From Bacteroidota bacterium (lineage in GTDB: Bacteria; Bacteroidota; Ignavibacteria; UBA10030), in the NCBI GenBank assembly GCA_050015675.1, contig JBEKAY010000012.1, positions 6,952 to 70,951 of the forward strand: a DNA stretch of 64,000 nt, written 5' to 3'. The notes under the pieces are model-generated. The model saw nothing but the letters and a program-made list of their open reading frames with translations. It searched no databases and had not been told where the DNA came from. The stretch's first letter is position 1, and each line of letters begins with the position of its first letter. The position numbers and the translations under genes were made by a program. Shown in pieces: positions 9,919-19,991 of this stretch.

Positions 9919-11259
9919 ATGTCTGACTATATAAACAAAATTATTGCCCATGTCAAAGCAAAGAACGCCAACGAGCCGGAGTTTCATCAAGCAGTAGAAG
10001 AAGTGTGTGAATCTTTAGAGCCGGTTTTCGCACGTCATCCGGAATATCAAGCGGCGCGGATTCTTGAACGTATGGTTGAGCCGGAACGCACCATTATCTT
10101 TCGTGTCCCCTGGATGGACGATCAAGGGGATATTCATGTCAACCGCGGATTTCGCGTGCAGATGAACAGCGCAATCGGTCCGTACAAAGGTGGACTGCGT
10201 TTCCACCCATCTGTGACGCTGAGCATTCTCAAGTTTCTTGCATTCGAGCAGGTGTTCAAGAATAGTCTCACAACATTGCCGATGGGCGGCGGCAAAGGAG
10301 GATCAGATTTCGATCCTAAAGGAAAAACCGATAACGAAGTGATGCGCTTTTGTCAAAGTTTCATGACGGAATTGTACCGTCACATCGGAGCGGATACAGA
10401 TGTGCCCGCCGGCGATATCGGTGTGGGTGGACGGGAAATCGGATTTTTATTTGGACAATTCAAACGACTCACGAAAGAATTCAACGGCGTGTTGACGGGC
10501 AAAGGATTGAACTGGGGCGGCTCGCTTATCCGGCCGGAAGCAACAGGATTTGGCGTCGTTTATTTTACGGAAGAGATGTTGAAGACGAAAGGGATGAGCA
10601 TTGCAGGAAAGATAGTTGCAGTTTCTGGTTTTGGCAATGTCGCATGGGGCGCAGTCACGAAAGTAAATCAATTGGGTGGTAAAGTGGTAACGCTTTCCGG
10701 CCCAGATGGATTTATCTATGATCCTGAAGGCATCAAAGATGAGAAGATAGATTATATGCTTGAATTGCGGTCGAGTGCAAAGGACGAAGTAAAATCTTAC
10801 GCAGATAAGTTTAAAGTGCAATTCTTCGCAGGCAAGCGGCCGTGGAGTTTGAAGGTTGACGTTGCAATCCCATGCGCAACTCAGAATGAATTAGATGAGA
10901 ATGATGCGAAAGAACTTGTAAAGAATGGCTGTGTCTGCGTATGCGAAGGGGCGAATATGCCCACGACAATGCAAGGCTTTAAAGTGTTTCATGCGGCAGG
11001 AATATTGTTCTCTCCGGGTAAAGCTTCCAATGCGGGCGGTGTTGCCACATCAGGATTGGAGATGAGCCAGAACAGCATGCGCTTGCCATGGCCGAAAGAA
11101 GAGGTTGACACCCGGTTGCATCAAATTATGAAAAGTATTCATGCCACATGTGTAGAAACAGCAGAACGCTTTGGTGAACCGGGAAACTATGTTATAGGCG
11201 CAAACATTGCCGGTTTTTTGAAAGTCGCCAACGCAATGCTTGAACAGGGCTTGGTGTAA
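9919..11259 (+). CDS. gdhA: NADP-specific glutamate dehydrogenase
   Basis: GPYKGGLRFHPSV, PMGGGKGGSDFDPK, DVPAGDIGVG, RPEATG and KASNAGGVATS motifs. Confidence 0.97.
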   Translation: MSDYINKIIAHVKAKNANEPEFHQAVEEVCESLEPVFARHPEYQAARILERMVEPERTIIFRVPWMDDQGDIHVNRGFRVQMNSAIGPYKGGLRFHPSVTLSILKFLAFEQVFKNSLTTLPMGGGKGGSDFDPKGKTDNEVMRFCQSFMTELYRHIGADTDVPAGDIGVGGREIGFLFGQFKRLTKEFNGVLTGKGLNWGGSLIRPEATGFGVVYFTEEMLKTKGMSIAGKIVAVSGFGNVAWGAVTKVNQLGGKVVTLSGPDGFIYDPEGIKDEKIDYMLELRSSAKDEVKSYADKFKVQFFAGKRPWSLKVDVAIPCATQNELDENDAKELVKNGCVCVCEGANMPTTMQGFKVFHAAGILFSPGKASNAGGVATSGLEMSQNSMRLPWPKEEVDTRLHQIMKSIHATCVETAERFGEPGNYVIGANIAGFLKVANAMLEQGLV

Positions 11260-11382
11260 CTGCAAGATAGTTAAAATTTTAGATGCTAAGACAGATGGCA
11301 CTCTTATCTTTGGTTGCATGAATAACAGTGCAGGGATAGCAGCGCTATTGTTATATTTATTATATTTTGAGTTTATACACAT

Positions 11383-14367
11383 ATGAACCGTATTGAGCAA
11401 TTATCAACAGAAGATATTTATGGAGGCCGCATCAAGTCGTTTCAAAAGTTGATGCGCTTTAAGGTACGGGATATTCTACTCGTCGCCAGTCTCTATGACC
11501 AATATCTTTTTGAAGAAGACGGCAGATTGTACGAATTGATCCGGCAGGAATTTCAGGTGCTCAATCTCAGCCATCCGCCGGAGATTACGCACGTGACGAG
11601 CGGTGAAGAAGCGATTGAGCTTCTCACTTCCGGTGAGAATTTTGATCTTGTTATTACAACATTGCACATCGAAGATATGCCTGTTATTCGGTTTGCGCAG
11701 AAAGTACGGCAAACAGGTCTCGATATCCCGATGATCCTGCTGGCGTATGATAATCGCGAGAAAAAGGAAATCATCACCAACTACGACACGTCTGTGTTCG
11801 GCCGCATCTTCATCTGGCATGGGGATTACCGCTTGCTTGTTGCGATGATCAAACATATTGAAGATAAACTCAACGTCCAAGGCGATACCGCAATGGTTGG
11901 CGTACAGGTCATCATTCTTGTGGAAGACGATATCAGTTTTTATTCTTCCTACCTGCCGCTTCTCTATACGCAAATTCTTAATCAATCGCAGCGGCTCATT
12001 TCAGAAGGCGTCAATCTTACGCACAAGTTTCTCCGTTTGCGTGCGCGTCCCAAGATATTACTGTGCTCGACGTATGAAGAAGCATGGTCGTGCTTCGAAA
12101 AGTATGAAGAGTATGTGCTTGGTGTTATTTCCGATATCGACTTTCTCCGCAACGGCGAAAAAGATCCGAATGCCGGATTTAAATTTGCTCAATCAGTGCG
12201 GGAGAGAAAAGAAGACATTCCCATACTTCTACAGTCCGGTAATGCACAAGCGGCAGCGAAGGCGTTTGAACTTGGCGCAGGATTTTTACAAAAAGGTTCG
12301 CCGACATTGTTGCGTGATCTGACAAATTTTGTTATGACACATTTTGGATTCGGGGATTTTATCTTCCGCACGCCGGATGGAATGGAAGTTGGAAGAGCCG
12401 CAAATTTAAAGCAGCTCGAAGAGCAGCTTCAAACAGTTCCTGATGAATGTATTCAATTTCATGCGAGACGGAATCATTTTTCGAATTGGCTCAAGGCGAG
12501 GACTGAATTTTGGCTGGCGCATAAGCTTCGTCCGCAGAAGGTGGAAGACTTCGCAACCATTAAGGAATTGCGGGATGATTTGATCGGTGCTCTACGGTTA
12601 TATCAGGAGACACGCCAGCGCGGCATCATCACGGAATTTTCCAAGGAATCATTCGATCCAAGAAACAGTTTTGCGCGCATCGGTACCGGTTCTGTCGGCG
12701 GTAAAGCACGTGGGTTAGGTTTTGTCAACACTCTTATCAATAACTATAATTTGCGCGATAGATTTGAAGGCGTGGAAATATCTGTTCCTTCGGCGGTTGT
12801 CGTTGCCACAGATGTCTTTGATAAATTCATTCGAGAGAATCAGCTGGATAAAATTATTCTTGAGGTAAAGAACGATGATGAACTTCTTCAGCGGTTTGTC
12901 GATGCACCATACTTTCCGCCTGATGTGATTTTCAAGCTGATAGATTTTCTTGATATGTCACATGAGCCGCTTGCAGTGCGATCGTCGAGCCTATTGGAAG
13001 ACTCCCAATACCAACCGTTTGCAGGTGTGTATCAAACATATATGATTCCGAATAGTAATTCCAATCCGGAAATCCGGCTGAAAGAATTATTAGAAAGCAT
13101 CAAACTTGTCTATGCGTCAACCTTCTCTAAGAATGCAAAAGATTACATGAAGGCGACGCCGTACCGGTTGGAAGAGGAAAAGATGGCGGTTATCATCCAG
13201 CGAATGGTCGGGACATCGCATCACAATCGATTTTACCCGGAGTTTGCAGGCGTGGCGAAGTCATACAATTTCTATCCTGTACCGCCTCAGAAATCTGAAG
13301 ATGGAATTGTGCAAGTAGCGTTAGGGTTAGGATTCACGGTAGTGGAGGGGCGCAACTCGGTGCGTTTTTGTCCCAAGTTTCCACGCCATCTATTGCAATT
13401 CTTTTCAACGAAAGAGACTATACGCAATGCACAGCAGGAATATCTTGCGCTTGATTTGTCGTCCACGTTTAGTCACGAAAATCATGAAACACCGGACGTG
13501 ATGATTAAGCATTATGATCTGAGTACAGCAGAAGAAGATAATACACTCTACTATGTCGCTTCCACGTACTCGCCGGAAGATGATGCGGTGTACGACGGCG
13601 TATCACGTGCAGGCAAACGTGTGGTGACGTTTGCACCGGTACTGAAGCATAAGATATTCCCTTTACCTGAAATATTAGATTTGATTCTCGATATGGGAAC
13701 ATGGGGCATGGGCACGCATGTCGAGATAGAGTTCGCCGTCAATATGAACACACCGCCTGGTATTCCAAAAGAATTTGCCATGCTCCAGATTCGCCCGTTA
13801 GTGATGAGTCTTGAATTCGAAGAGCTTGATGTCGATCAATTCAATCATGATAATCTCATTTGTCAGAGCGAGCAAGTACTTGGCAATGGCGCTATACAAG
13901 ATATTTATGATGTTGTCATTGTAGATGCTGAGCGATTTGAGCGATCGAAAAGTAAAGAGACCGCTCGAGAAGTCAGCGAAATTAATGCACGCCTGCTTGC
14001 AGAAAATAGACCTTACGTGTTGATTGGTATGGGAAGATGGGGAAGCATGGACCCATGGCTTGGCATTCCGGTTACTTGGGATCAAATTTCTGGCGCAGCG
14101 GTCATTGTTGAATCAGGATTCAAAGACATCGATGTGACGCCATCGCAAGGATCACATTTCTTTCAAAACATTACATCATTTCGTGTCGGTTACTTCACTG
14201 TCGATGCCGCACACCGTCTTGGATTCATTGATTGGGAATGGCTGAAGTCTCAGCCCGCATTGCAGGAGTTGAAACATGTTCGCCATCTTCGGTTTGAAAG
14301 ACCTATCATTGCAAAAATTAATGGGCGAAAGAACAAAGGCGTGATTGTAAAACCGGGTAAGAAGTAA
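11383..14367 (+). CDS. Receiver-domain plus PEP/pyruvate-binding (PPDK_N, ATP-grasp) protein
   Basis: N-terminal REC-like domains; GGKARGLGF, PLAVRSSSLLEDS, FAGVY, EKMAVIIQ, VEIEFAV, LQIRP; C-terminal PSQGSHFFQN. Confidence 0.88.
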   Translation: MNRIEQLSTEDIYGGRIKSFQKLMRFKVRDILLVASLYDQYLFEEDGRLYELIRQEFQVLNLSHPPEITHVTSGEEAIELLTSGENFDLVITTLHIEDMPVIRFAQKVRQTGLDIPMILLAYDNREKKEIITNYDTSVFGRIFIWHGDYRLLVAMIKHIEDKLNVQGDTAMVGVQVIILVEDDISFYSSYLPLLYTQILNQSQRLISEGVNLTHKFLRLRARPKILLCSTYEEAWSCFEKYEEYVLGVISDIDFLRNGEKDPNAGFKFAQSVRERKEDIPILLQSGNAQAAAKAFELGAGFLQKGSPTLLRDLTNFVMTHFGFGDFIFRTPDGMEVGRAANLKQLEEQLQTVPDECIQFHARRNHFSNWLKARTEFWLAHKLRPQKVEDFATIKELRDDLIGALRLYQETRQRGIITEFSKESFDPRNSFARIGTGSVGGKARGLGFVNTLINNYNLRDRFEGVEISVPSAVVVATDVFDKFIRENQLDKIILEVKNDDELLQRFVDAPYFPPDVIFKLIDFLDMSHEPLAVRSSSLLEDSQYQPFAGVYQTYMIPNSNSNPEIRLKELLESIKLVYASTFSKNAKDYMKATPYRLEEEKMAVIIQRMVGTSHHNRFYPEFAGVAKSYNFYPVPPQKSEDGIVQVALGLGFTVVEGRNSVRFCPKFPRHLLQFFSTKETIRNAQQEYLALDLSSTFSHENHETPDVMIKHYDLSTAEEDNTLYYVASTYSPEDDAVYDGVSRAGKRVVTFAPVLKHKIFPLPEILDLILDMGTWGMGTHVEIEFAVNMNTPPGIPKEFAMLQIRPLVMSLEFEELDVDQFNHDNLICQSEQVLGNGAIQDIYDVVIVDAERFERSKSKETAREVSEINARLLAENRPYVLIGMGRWGSMDPWLGIPVTWDQISGAAVIVESGFKDIDVTPSQGSHFFQNITSFRVGYFTVDAAHRLGFIDWEWLKSQPALQELKHVRHLRFERPIIAKINGRKNKGVIVKPGKK

Positions 14368-14381
14368 AAATTGGAGTCCAT

Positions 14382-16406
14382 ATGAAATTATTATTTACCT
14401 TCCTTGTTGCTTTTCTTTTCACATCTTTGACATATGCACAACCCAAACGAGCGATCACTTTTGATGATCTTATCAACTTCGGGCGAGTCTCCGATCCGCA
14501 AATATCTCCGGATGGAAAAACCGCCGCATTCGTAGTTACCTGGCAGTTGAAAGAAGAAAACAAGTCTACCAGCAGCATCTATTTAGTGAATGTCACTGGC
14601 GGCAATGTTCGTCAACTTACTAATGCTAAAGGTGATAACAGCTCTCCACGCTGGTTGCCGGATGGAGAATCTATTGCCTTCATTTCAACACGCGATGGTG
14701 AATCGCAAATATGGACAATTGCTGTCAGCGGTGGAGAAGCAAAGAAAGTATCACATAGTGCAACTGAAGCGTCTGGACTTATTGTTTCTCCCGATGGAAA
14801 ATGGTTTGCGTTTTCTTCGGACGTTTATCCTGATTGTTTGACTGAAGATTGCAATGCAAAGCGGCTCGAAGCTGTTGAGAAGAGTAAGGTGAAAGCGAAA
14901 ATATTTACGACACTACCGTATCGAGTATGGAAATCATGGAAAGATGGTAAACGCAGCCACTTATTTGTCATGCCGTCTAACGGCGGCAAAGCGATTGACG
15001 TGACACCGGGTGAGTACGATACACCGCCCATCGATCTCGGCGGCAACTGGGATTATGCTTTTTCACCAGACAGCAAAGAAATCGCATTCACAAGGAATCC
15101 AGACACACTTGTCGCTGTAAGTACGAACAACGAAATTTATATTGTACCGGTGACCGGCGGAACGCCAAAGAACATTTCCAACAATCCTGCCAACGACAGT
15201 CAACCGTTGTATTCTCCTGACGGAAAATATATTGCATATCGAATGATGAGACAGGCGGGATTTGAAGCGGATCGCCGCGAGCTTGTTCTTTATGAGCGCG
15301 CATCAGGAAAGCTCATCAATCTTACCGAACAGTTTGATTACAGCGTCAACGATGTGGTCTGGTCGCCGGACTCAAAATCGCTTTTCTTCAATGCTGACGA
15401 CAAAGGCAATGTCTCGATCTTTAAAGTGAAAGTGACTGATAAAAAAGTAACAACGATTCTCGATAAAGGTTTTAATACTTCACTGCGATTAACGTCCGAT
15501 GGTAAGACGTTGGTTATTACGCAAGAAACTGTCAAAACACCAACAGAACTTTTTAGAATGGATATAGACGGAAAGAACTTGAAGCAGATCACTTTTATCA
15601 ACTCAGAAAAGGCATCTCAATTGGAGATGAATTCATTAGAGAATTTCTGGTTTGAAGGAGCCGAAGGAATACGTGTGCAGGGATTTATATTGAAGCCGCC
15701 ATTCTTTTCCAGTGAAAATAAATATCCGCTCATCTTTCTCGTCCACGGCGGGCCGCAAGGGCAATGGGGTGATGATTTCCATTACCGATGGAATGCACAG
15801 ATGTTTGCATCACACGGGTATGTTGCGGTGATGATCAATCCGCGCGGCAGTACCGGTTACGGACAGAAATTCACAGACGAGATTAGCAAAGACTGGGGCG
15901 GTAAAGTGTACGTGGATTTGATGAATGGATTAGATTACGTACTGAAAACGTATGCGTTCATAGATGGCAACCGAACGGCAGCAGCCGGCGCTTCATACGG
16001 CGGTTATATGATGAATTGGATTCTTGGACATACAGATCGTTTTAGGTGTGTTGTTTCCCACGATGGTGTTTTCAATCCGGCGAGCGCTTACGGGACGACG
16101 GAAGAGCTATGGTTCAACGAATGGGAATTCGGGGGAACACCGTACAAGAATCCGGAGTTGTACAAGAAGTGGTCACCGATGGAGTTTGCACAGAACTTCA
16201 AAACACCAACGCTTGTTATTCATGGTCAACAGGATTATCGGCTTGATGTGAGCGAGGGATTCCAATTGTTTACAGCACTCCAGCGGCAAGGAGTAAAATC
16301 GAAGATGTTATATTTCCCGGATGAATATCACTGGGTTGCTAAACCGCAGAATGCAGAGTTGTGGTACAAAACAGTTCTGGATTGGATTGATGAAAATACG
16401 AAGTGA
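14382..16406 (+). CDS. S9 family (prolyl oligopeptidase/acylaminoacyl) peptidase
   Basis: PD40 repeats, VHGGPQ, GASYGGYM nucleophile, HGQQDYR, YFPDEYH. Confidence 0.95.
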   Translation: MKLLFTFLVAFLFTSLTYAQPKRAITFDDLINFGRVSDPQISPDGKTAAFVVTWQLKEENKSTSSIYLVNVTGGNVRQLTNAKGDNSSPRWLPDGESIAFISTRDGESQIWTIAVSGGEAKKVSHSATEASGLIVSPDGKWFAFSSDVYPDCLTEDCNAKRLEAVEKSKVKAKIFTTLPYRVWKSWKDGKRSHLFVMPSNGGKAIDVTPGEYDTPPIDLGGNWDYAFSPDSKEIAFTRNPDTLVAVSTNNEIYIVPVTGGTPKNISNNPANDSQPLYSPDGKYIAYRMMRQAGFEADRRELVLYERASGKLINLTEQFDYSVNDVVWSPDSKSLFFNADDKGNVSIFKVKVTDKKVTTILDKGFNTSLRLTSDGKTLVITQETVKTPTELFRMDIDGKNLKQITFINSEKASQLEMNSLENFWFEGAEGIRVQGFILKPPFFSSENKYPLIFLVHGGPQGQWGDDFHYRWNAQMFASHGYVAVMINPRGSTGYGQKFTDEISKDWGGKVYVDLMNGLDYVLKTYAFIDGNRTAAAGASYGGYMMNWILGHTDRFRCVVSHDGVFNPASAYGTTEELWFNEWEFGGTPYKNPELYKKWSPMEFAQNFKTPTLVIHGQQDYRLDVSEGFQLFTALQRQGVKSKMLYFPDEYHWVAKPQNAELWYKTVLDWIDENTK

Positions 16407-16532
16407 GAAAAAAACCGGCCGACGGAAGAAATTAGATAGAAGAAGGTAGATGGAAGAAGGTTAAATAATAAGAGTATTTTAAACGACTGACGACTGAAAA
16501 CTGATTTGACAACAACGATAGAGGAATTTACA

Positions 16533-18161
16533 ATGAAAAAATTCAAAGTATCGAAGAAAATTGGAAAGAAGACCGTTCCCAAGCGCAAACCTATCCCCAA
16601 AGTGAAACGAATAATTCGGAATAATAAATTTCAGTCAATGTCGCAATTCAAAGAAAGTATGTTATCTCTCATCAGTGAGACCTCAACAAATTTACCGCCA
16701 GACGTGCGGCGCGCGTTAAAATGGGCGATTGAACGCGAGGCACCGGGAAGTCAAGCGATGCTGGCATTGCAGGCAATGGCTATCAATACCGATATGGCGT
16801 GTGATAACGAAGCGCCCATTTGTCAGGATACAGGAATGCCAACCTTTGAAATAAAAACTCCGGCCGGTACAAACCAGATTCTCATGCAGAAGGAAATTAA
16901 GGAGGCGATTGTTGAGGCGACTAAAATTGGTAAACTTCGTCCCAACGCTGTCGATTCTCTCACAGGAAAGAACAGCGGAAACAATCTCGGAGATGGTTGT
17001 CCGGTGATGCACTTTGGGCAGTGGGAGGAAAAAGAAATTGAAGTGCGATTGATTTTGAAAGGGGGCGGATGCGAAAATAAAAACATTCAATACTCTGTGC
17101 CATGCGAGCTACCCAACCTCGGCAGAGCGGATCGCTCGATGGATGGCATCCGTAAATGTTTGCTTCATGCTGTCTGGCAGGCGCAGGGGCAAGGATGCAG
17201 CGTCGGTGCAATCGGTGTTGCTATTGGGGGAGACCGCGCTTCTGGTTACCAATACGCTAAACAGCAGCTCTTCCGCTTGCTTGACGACATCAACCCAAAT
17301 CCAGAACTTGCAAAACTCGAAGACTACGTTTTGCAGAACGCAAATAAGCTTGGCATCGGCACTATGGGATTTGGAGGATTGTCAACGCTCATCGGCTGCA
17401 AGATCGGTTCTTATCATCGCTTGCCTGCAAGTTTCTTTGTGACGGTGGCGTACAATTGTTGGGCGTATCGTCGGCTCGGAGTAATTTTAAATGCAAAGAC
17501 CGGAGCAATTAAGAGATGGCTCTACAAGGAAGATACGCCGGTGATGCGTATGGCAAAAGAAGAAAGTCTGCCGCTGACCGGGCGTGAGATTCCACTTACG
17601 ATACCGCTGTCTGAAGACCAAGTGCGCTCGTTAAAGGTTGGCGACGTTTTGCTGTTGAGTGGTATGATGCACATGGGGCGCGACGTTCTCCATCATCATC
17701 TAATGACAAACGACTCGCCGGTGAATCTTGATGGCGGCGTGATTTATCATTGTGGTCCAGTTGCATTGAAAAAAGGAGAGAAGTGGTTTATGAATGCAGC
17801 CGGTCCGACAACGAGTATTCGTGAAGAGCCATATCAAGGTGAAATTATTCGCAAGTTCAAAGTGCGGGCAGTGATTGGAAAAGGCGGGATGGGCGCGAAA
17901 ACACTCGTGGCTTTAAAGGAAGTTGGCGCTGTATATCTCAGCGCGATTGGCGGTGCAGCGCAATATTATGCTAAGTGTATTGAAGAAGTAGAAGGTGTCG
18001 ATTTGTTGGAATTTGGCGTGCCGGAAGCGATGTGGCATGTACGCGTCAAAGATTTTCCCGTGATCGTTACGATGGATGCAAACGGCAACAGTCTCCATGC
18101 AGATGTAGAGAAAGCTTCGGCAGAAGAACTCGCGAAATTTTCGGAACAGGTTGTATTATAG
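16533..18161 (+). CDS. Class I Fe-S fumarate hydratase (fused alpha/beta)
   Basis: PICQDTG, KGGGCEN, HCGPV, AGPTTSIRE, IGKGGM. Start uncertain (16533 has a GAGG RBS; 16638 is an alternative). Confidence 0.92.
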   Translation: MKKFKVSKKIGKKTVPKRKPIPKVKRIIRNNKFQSMSQFKESMLSLISETSTNLPPDVRRALKWAIEREAPGSQAMLALQAMAINTDMACDNEAPICQDTGMPTFEIKTPAGTNQILMQKEIKEAIVEATKIGKLRPNAVDSLTGKNSGNNLGDGCPVMHFGQWEEKEIEVRLILKGGGCENKNIQYSVPCELPNLGRADRSMDGIRKCLLHAVWQAQGQGCSVGAIGVAIGGDRASGYQYAKQQLFRLLDDINPNPELAKLEDYVLQNANKLGIGTMGFGGLSTLIGCKIGSYHRLPASFFVTVAYNCWAYRRLGVILNAKTGAIKRWLYKEDTPVMRMAKEESLPLTGREIPLTIPLSEDQVRSLKVGDVLLLSGMMHMGRDVLHHHLMTNDSPVNLDGGVIYHCGPVALKKGEKWFMNAAGPTTSIREEPYQGEIIRKFKVRAVIGKGGMGAKTLVALKEVGAVYLSAIGGAAQYYAKCIEEVEGVDLLEFGVPEAMWHVRVKDFPVIVTMDANGNSLHADVEKASAEELAKFSEQVVL

Positions 18162-18242
18162 AAAGGGAAGTTGATCGAATTCATTGTCCCTCAAACTTGG
18201 AATAGTGTGGGAAATGAAAAAGGTGAAGTAAAATAAATTTCT

Positions 18243-18737
18243 ATGCTGAAAGAAGATTATCCAATTACTCCTGCAATACGGTTCCTTCGTGAGAAAAAGA
18301 TTGCGTTCGTTCCGTTTCTCTATCGTTATGAAGAGCACGGAGGCACACGTCAGTTTGCATTAGAGTTTAACGTGCCCGATCATCAAGTTATCAAGACATT
18401 AGTCTTCGAGACGGAGCAGAAGAAGCCGCTGTTAGTGCTGATGCATGGCAATCGAGAAGTTTCCACCAAGCAGATGGCACGCATTATCGGAGCAAAACAA
18501 ATAACACCGTGCGATGCCAATACTGCGCAACGCCACACCGGTTATCAATTCGGTGGAACAAGTCCGTTTGGAACGCGGCGTCAATTGCCTGTCTATGCGG
18601 AAAAGACTATATTAAACCTACAAAAAATCTATATCAATGGTGGAAAACGCGGCTTCATTATCGAGATTACTCCGCAGGATCTTTGCGCGGCATTAGAGAT
18701 CACAGAAGTTGAAGCGGCAATTCTTCCCAACTCATAA
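18243..18737 (+). CDS. ybaK: YbaK/EbsC family aminoacyl-tRNA deacylase
   Basis: VIKTLV, TGYQFGGTSPFG, INGGKRG. Confidence 0.88.
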   Translation: MLKEDYPITPAIRFLREKKIAFVPFLYRYEEHGGTRQFALEFNVPDHQVIKTLVFETEQKKPLLVLMHGNREVSTKQMARIIGAKQITPCDANTAQRHTGYQFGGTSPFGTRRQLPVYAEKTILNLQKIYINGGKRGFIIEITPQDLCAALEITEVEAAILPNS

Positions 18738-18749
18738 GCAGGAGAAGAT

Positions 18750-19991
18750 ATGGAATTAGGAACAATTGAATGGACCGTACAGCTTCGGTTCATTGTAGCT
18801 CTTGCGCTCGGATTCCTTGTTGGACTCGAAAGAGAAAGTATCAAGGTTGACCAGAAGCTTGTTTTTGGTGGAGTGCGTACACATCCTATCATCAGCATGT
18901 TTGGTTTCGGATGCGCGTGGTTGTATCAGATTGGGGCAACTGCAATGTTGCCGGTGGGATTATTGGCGATTGCCCTACTCACCGGAATCGCTTACGTCGC
19001 AAAAATTCGTGTCGATCGTTTTGGCACCACAAGCGAAGTTTCTGCATTACTCACATTTATCACAGGTGCATTGGCAATGCTGGTGGATGTATGGATAGCG
19101 ATGGCGTTAGGTGTCATGAATACCATGTTGCTCTCAGAAAAAGCTATGCTCGAATCCTACGTGGAACGACTCAGCAAAGTGGAGTTTTTGGCAGCCATCA
19201 AATTTATTTTGGTGACTGTCATTATTTTACCTGTCTTACCAAACCATGAATTTACACAATTCCATCTCAACCCATTTAAAATCTGGCAAATTGTTATCGT
19301 CGTTTCCACGTTGGGATTTGTGGGATATTTATTAGAGAAAAAATTTGGATCCAAATTAGGTTTGTGGATGTCTGGCATATTTGGAGGCATTGTTTCCAGC
19401 ACCGCGGTAACGCTTTCTATGGGGCATATGGCAAAGAAAAATCCGTCGCACAGCAGCAGCGCCCTACAAGCTACACTGCTTGCCAGCAGTATTACGTATC
19501 TGCGAACGTTAGCACTAATCTGGTTTATTAACGCCTCATTTCTTCCGAATCTTTGGCCGCGTCTTGTTTTTCTCTCGATAACTGGAATTGTATTATCATT
19601 GAAGATGTTTCGTACGGAGCAGCCTGCATCAGAATCCGAAATGTCGGAGTTGCAAAACCCGTTCGAGATTCGGCCTGCCATTGGTTTTGCGATAATGTTT
19701 GTTATACTTTCTATTGTAACAGGATTTGTGAAATCCACTGTGGGTAATTCCGGATTGCTTGCCGTCTCGGCGATCGTTGGTGTTTCGGATATTACTCCTT
19801 TTATTCTTTCTGTAGTGCAAGGATCAGATGGATCGGTACATATTTTTACATCGGCTATTATTTTTGCATTAATGAGTAACACCATTGCAAAAGCAATATA
19901 TTTTGGTTATCTCTCTCCAACCACAAGGAAAGAGACTGCATTGAAGTACTCAATCTATGCGATACTGCACATCCCGTTCATAATATGGTAA
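18750..19991 (+). CDS. MgtC/SapB + DUF4010 membrane protein
   Basis: ALALGFLVGLERE, FGGVRT, GTTSE, GGIVSSTAVT, NPFEIRPA. Confidence 0.9.
   Translation: MELGTIEWTVQLRFIVALALGFLVGLERESIKVDQKLVFGGVRTHPIISMFGFGCAWLYQIGATAMLPVGLLAIALLTGIAYVAKIRVDRFGTTSEVSALLTFITGALAMLVDVWIAMALGVMNTMLLSEKAMLESYVERLSKVEFLAAIKFILVTVIILPVLPNHEFTQFHLNPFKIWQIVIVVSTLGFVGYLLEKKFGSKLGLWMSGIFGGIVSSTAVTLSMGHMAKKNPSHSSSALQATLLASSITYLRTLALIWFINASFLPNLWPRLVFLSITGIVLSLKMFRTEQPASESEMSELQNPFEIRPAIGFAIMFVILSIVTGFVKSTVGNSGLLAVSAIVGVSDITPFILSVVQGSDGSVHIFTSAIIFALMSNTIAKAIYFGYLSPTTRKETALKYSIYAILHIPFIIW

Noticed and set aside
16430-16503. Short purine-rich and heptamer repeats (TAGATAGAAGAAGG/TAGATGGAAGAAGG; CGACTGA CGACTGA AAACTGA)
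   Set aside because: Only 2-3 degenerate copies, too weak to call an element.
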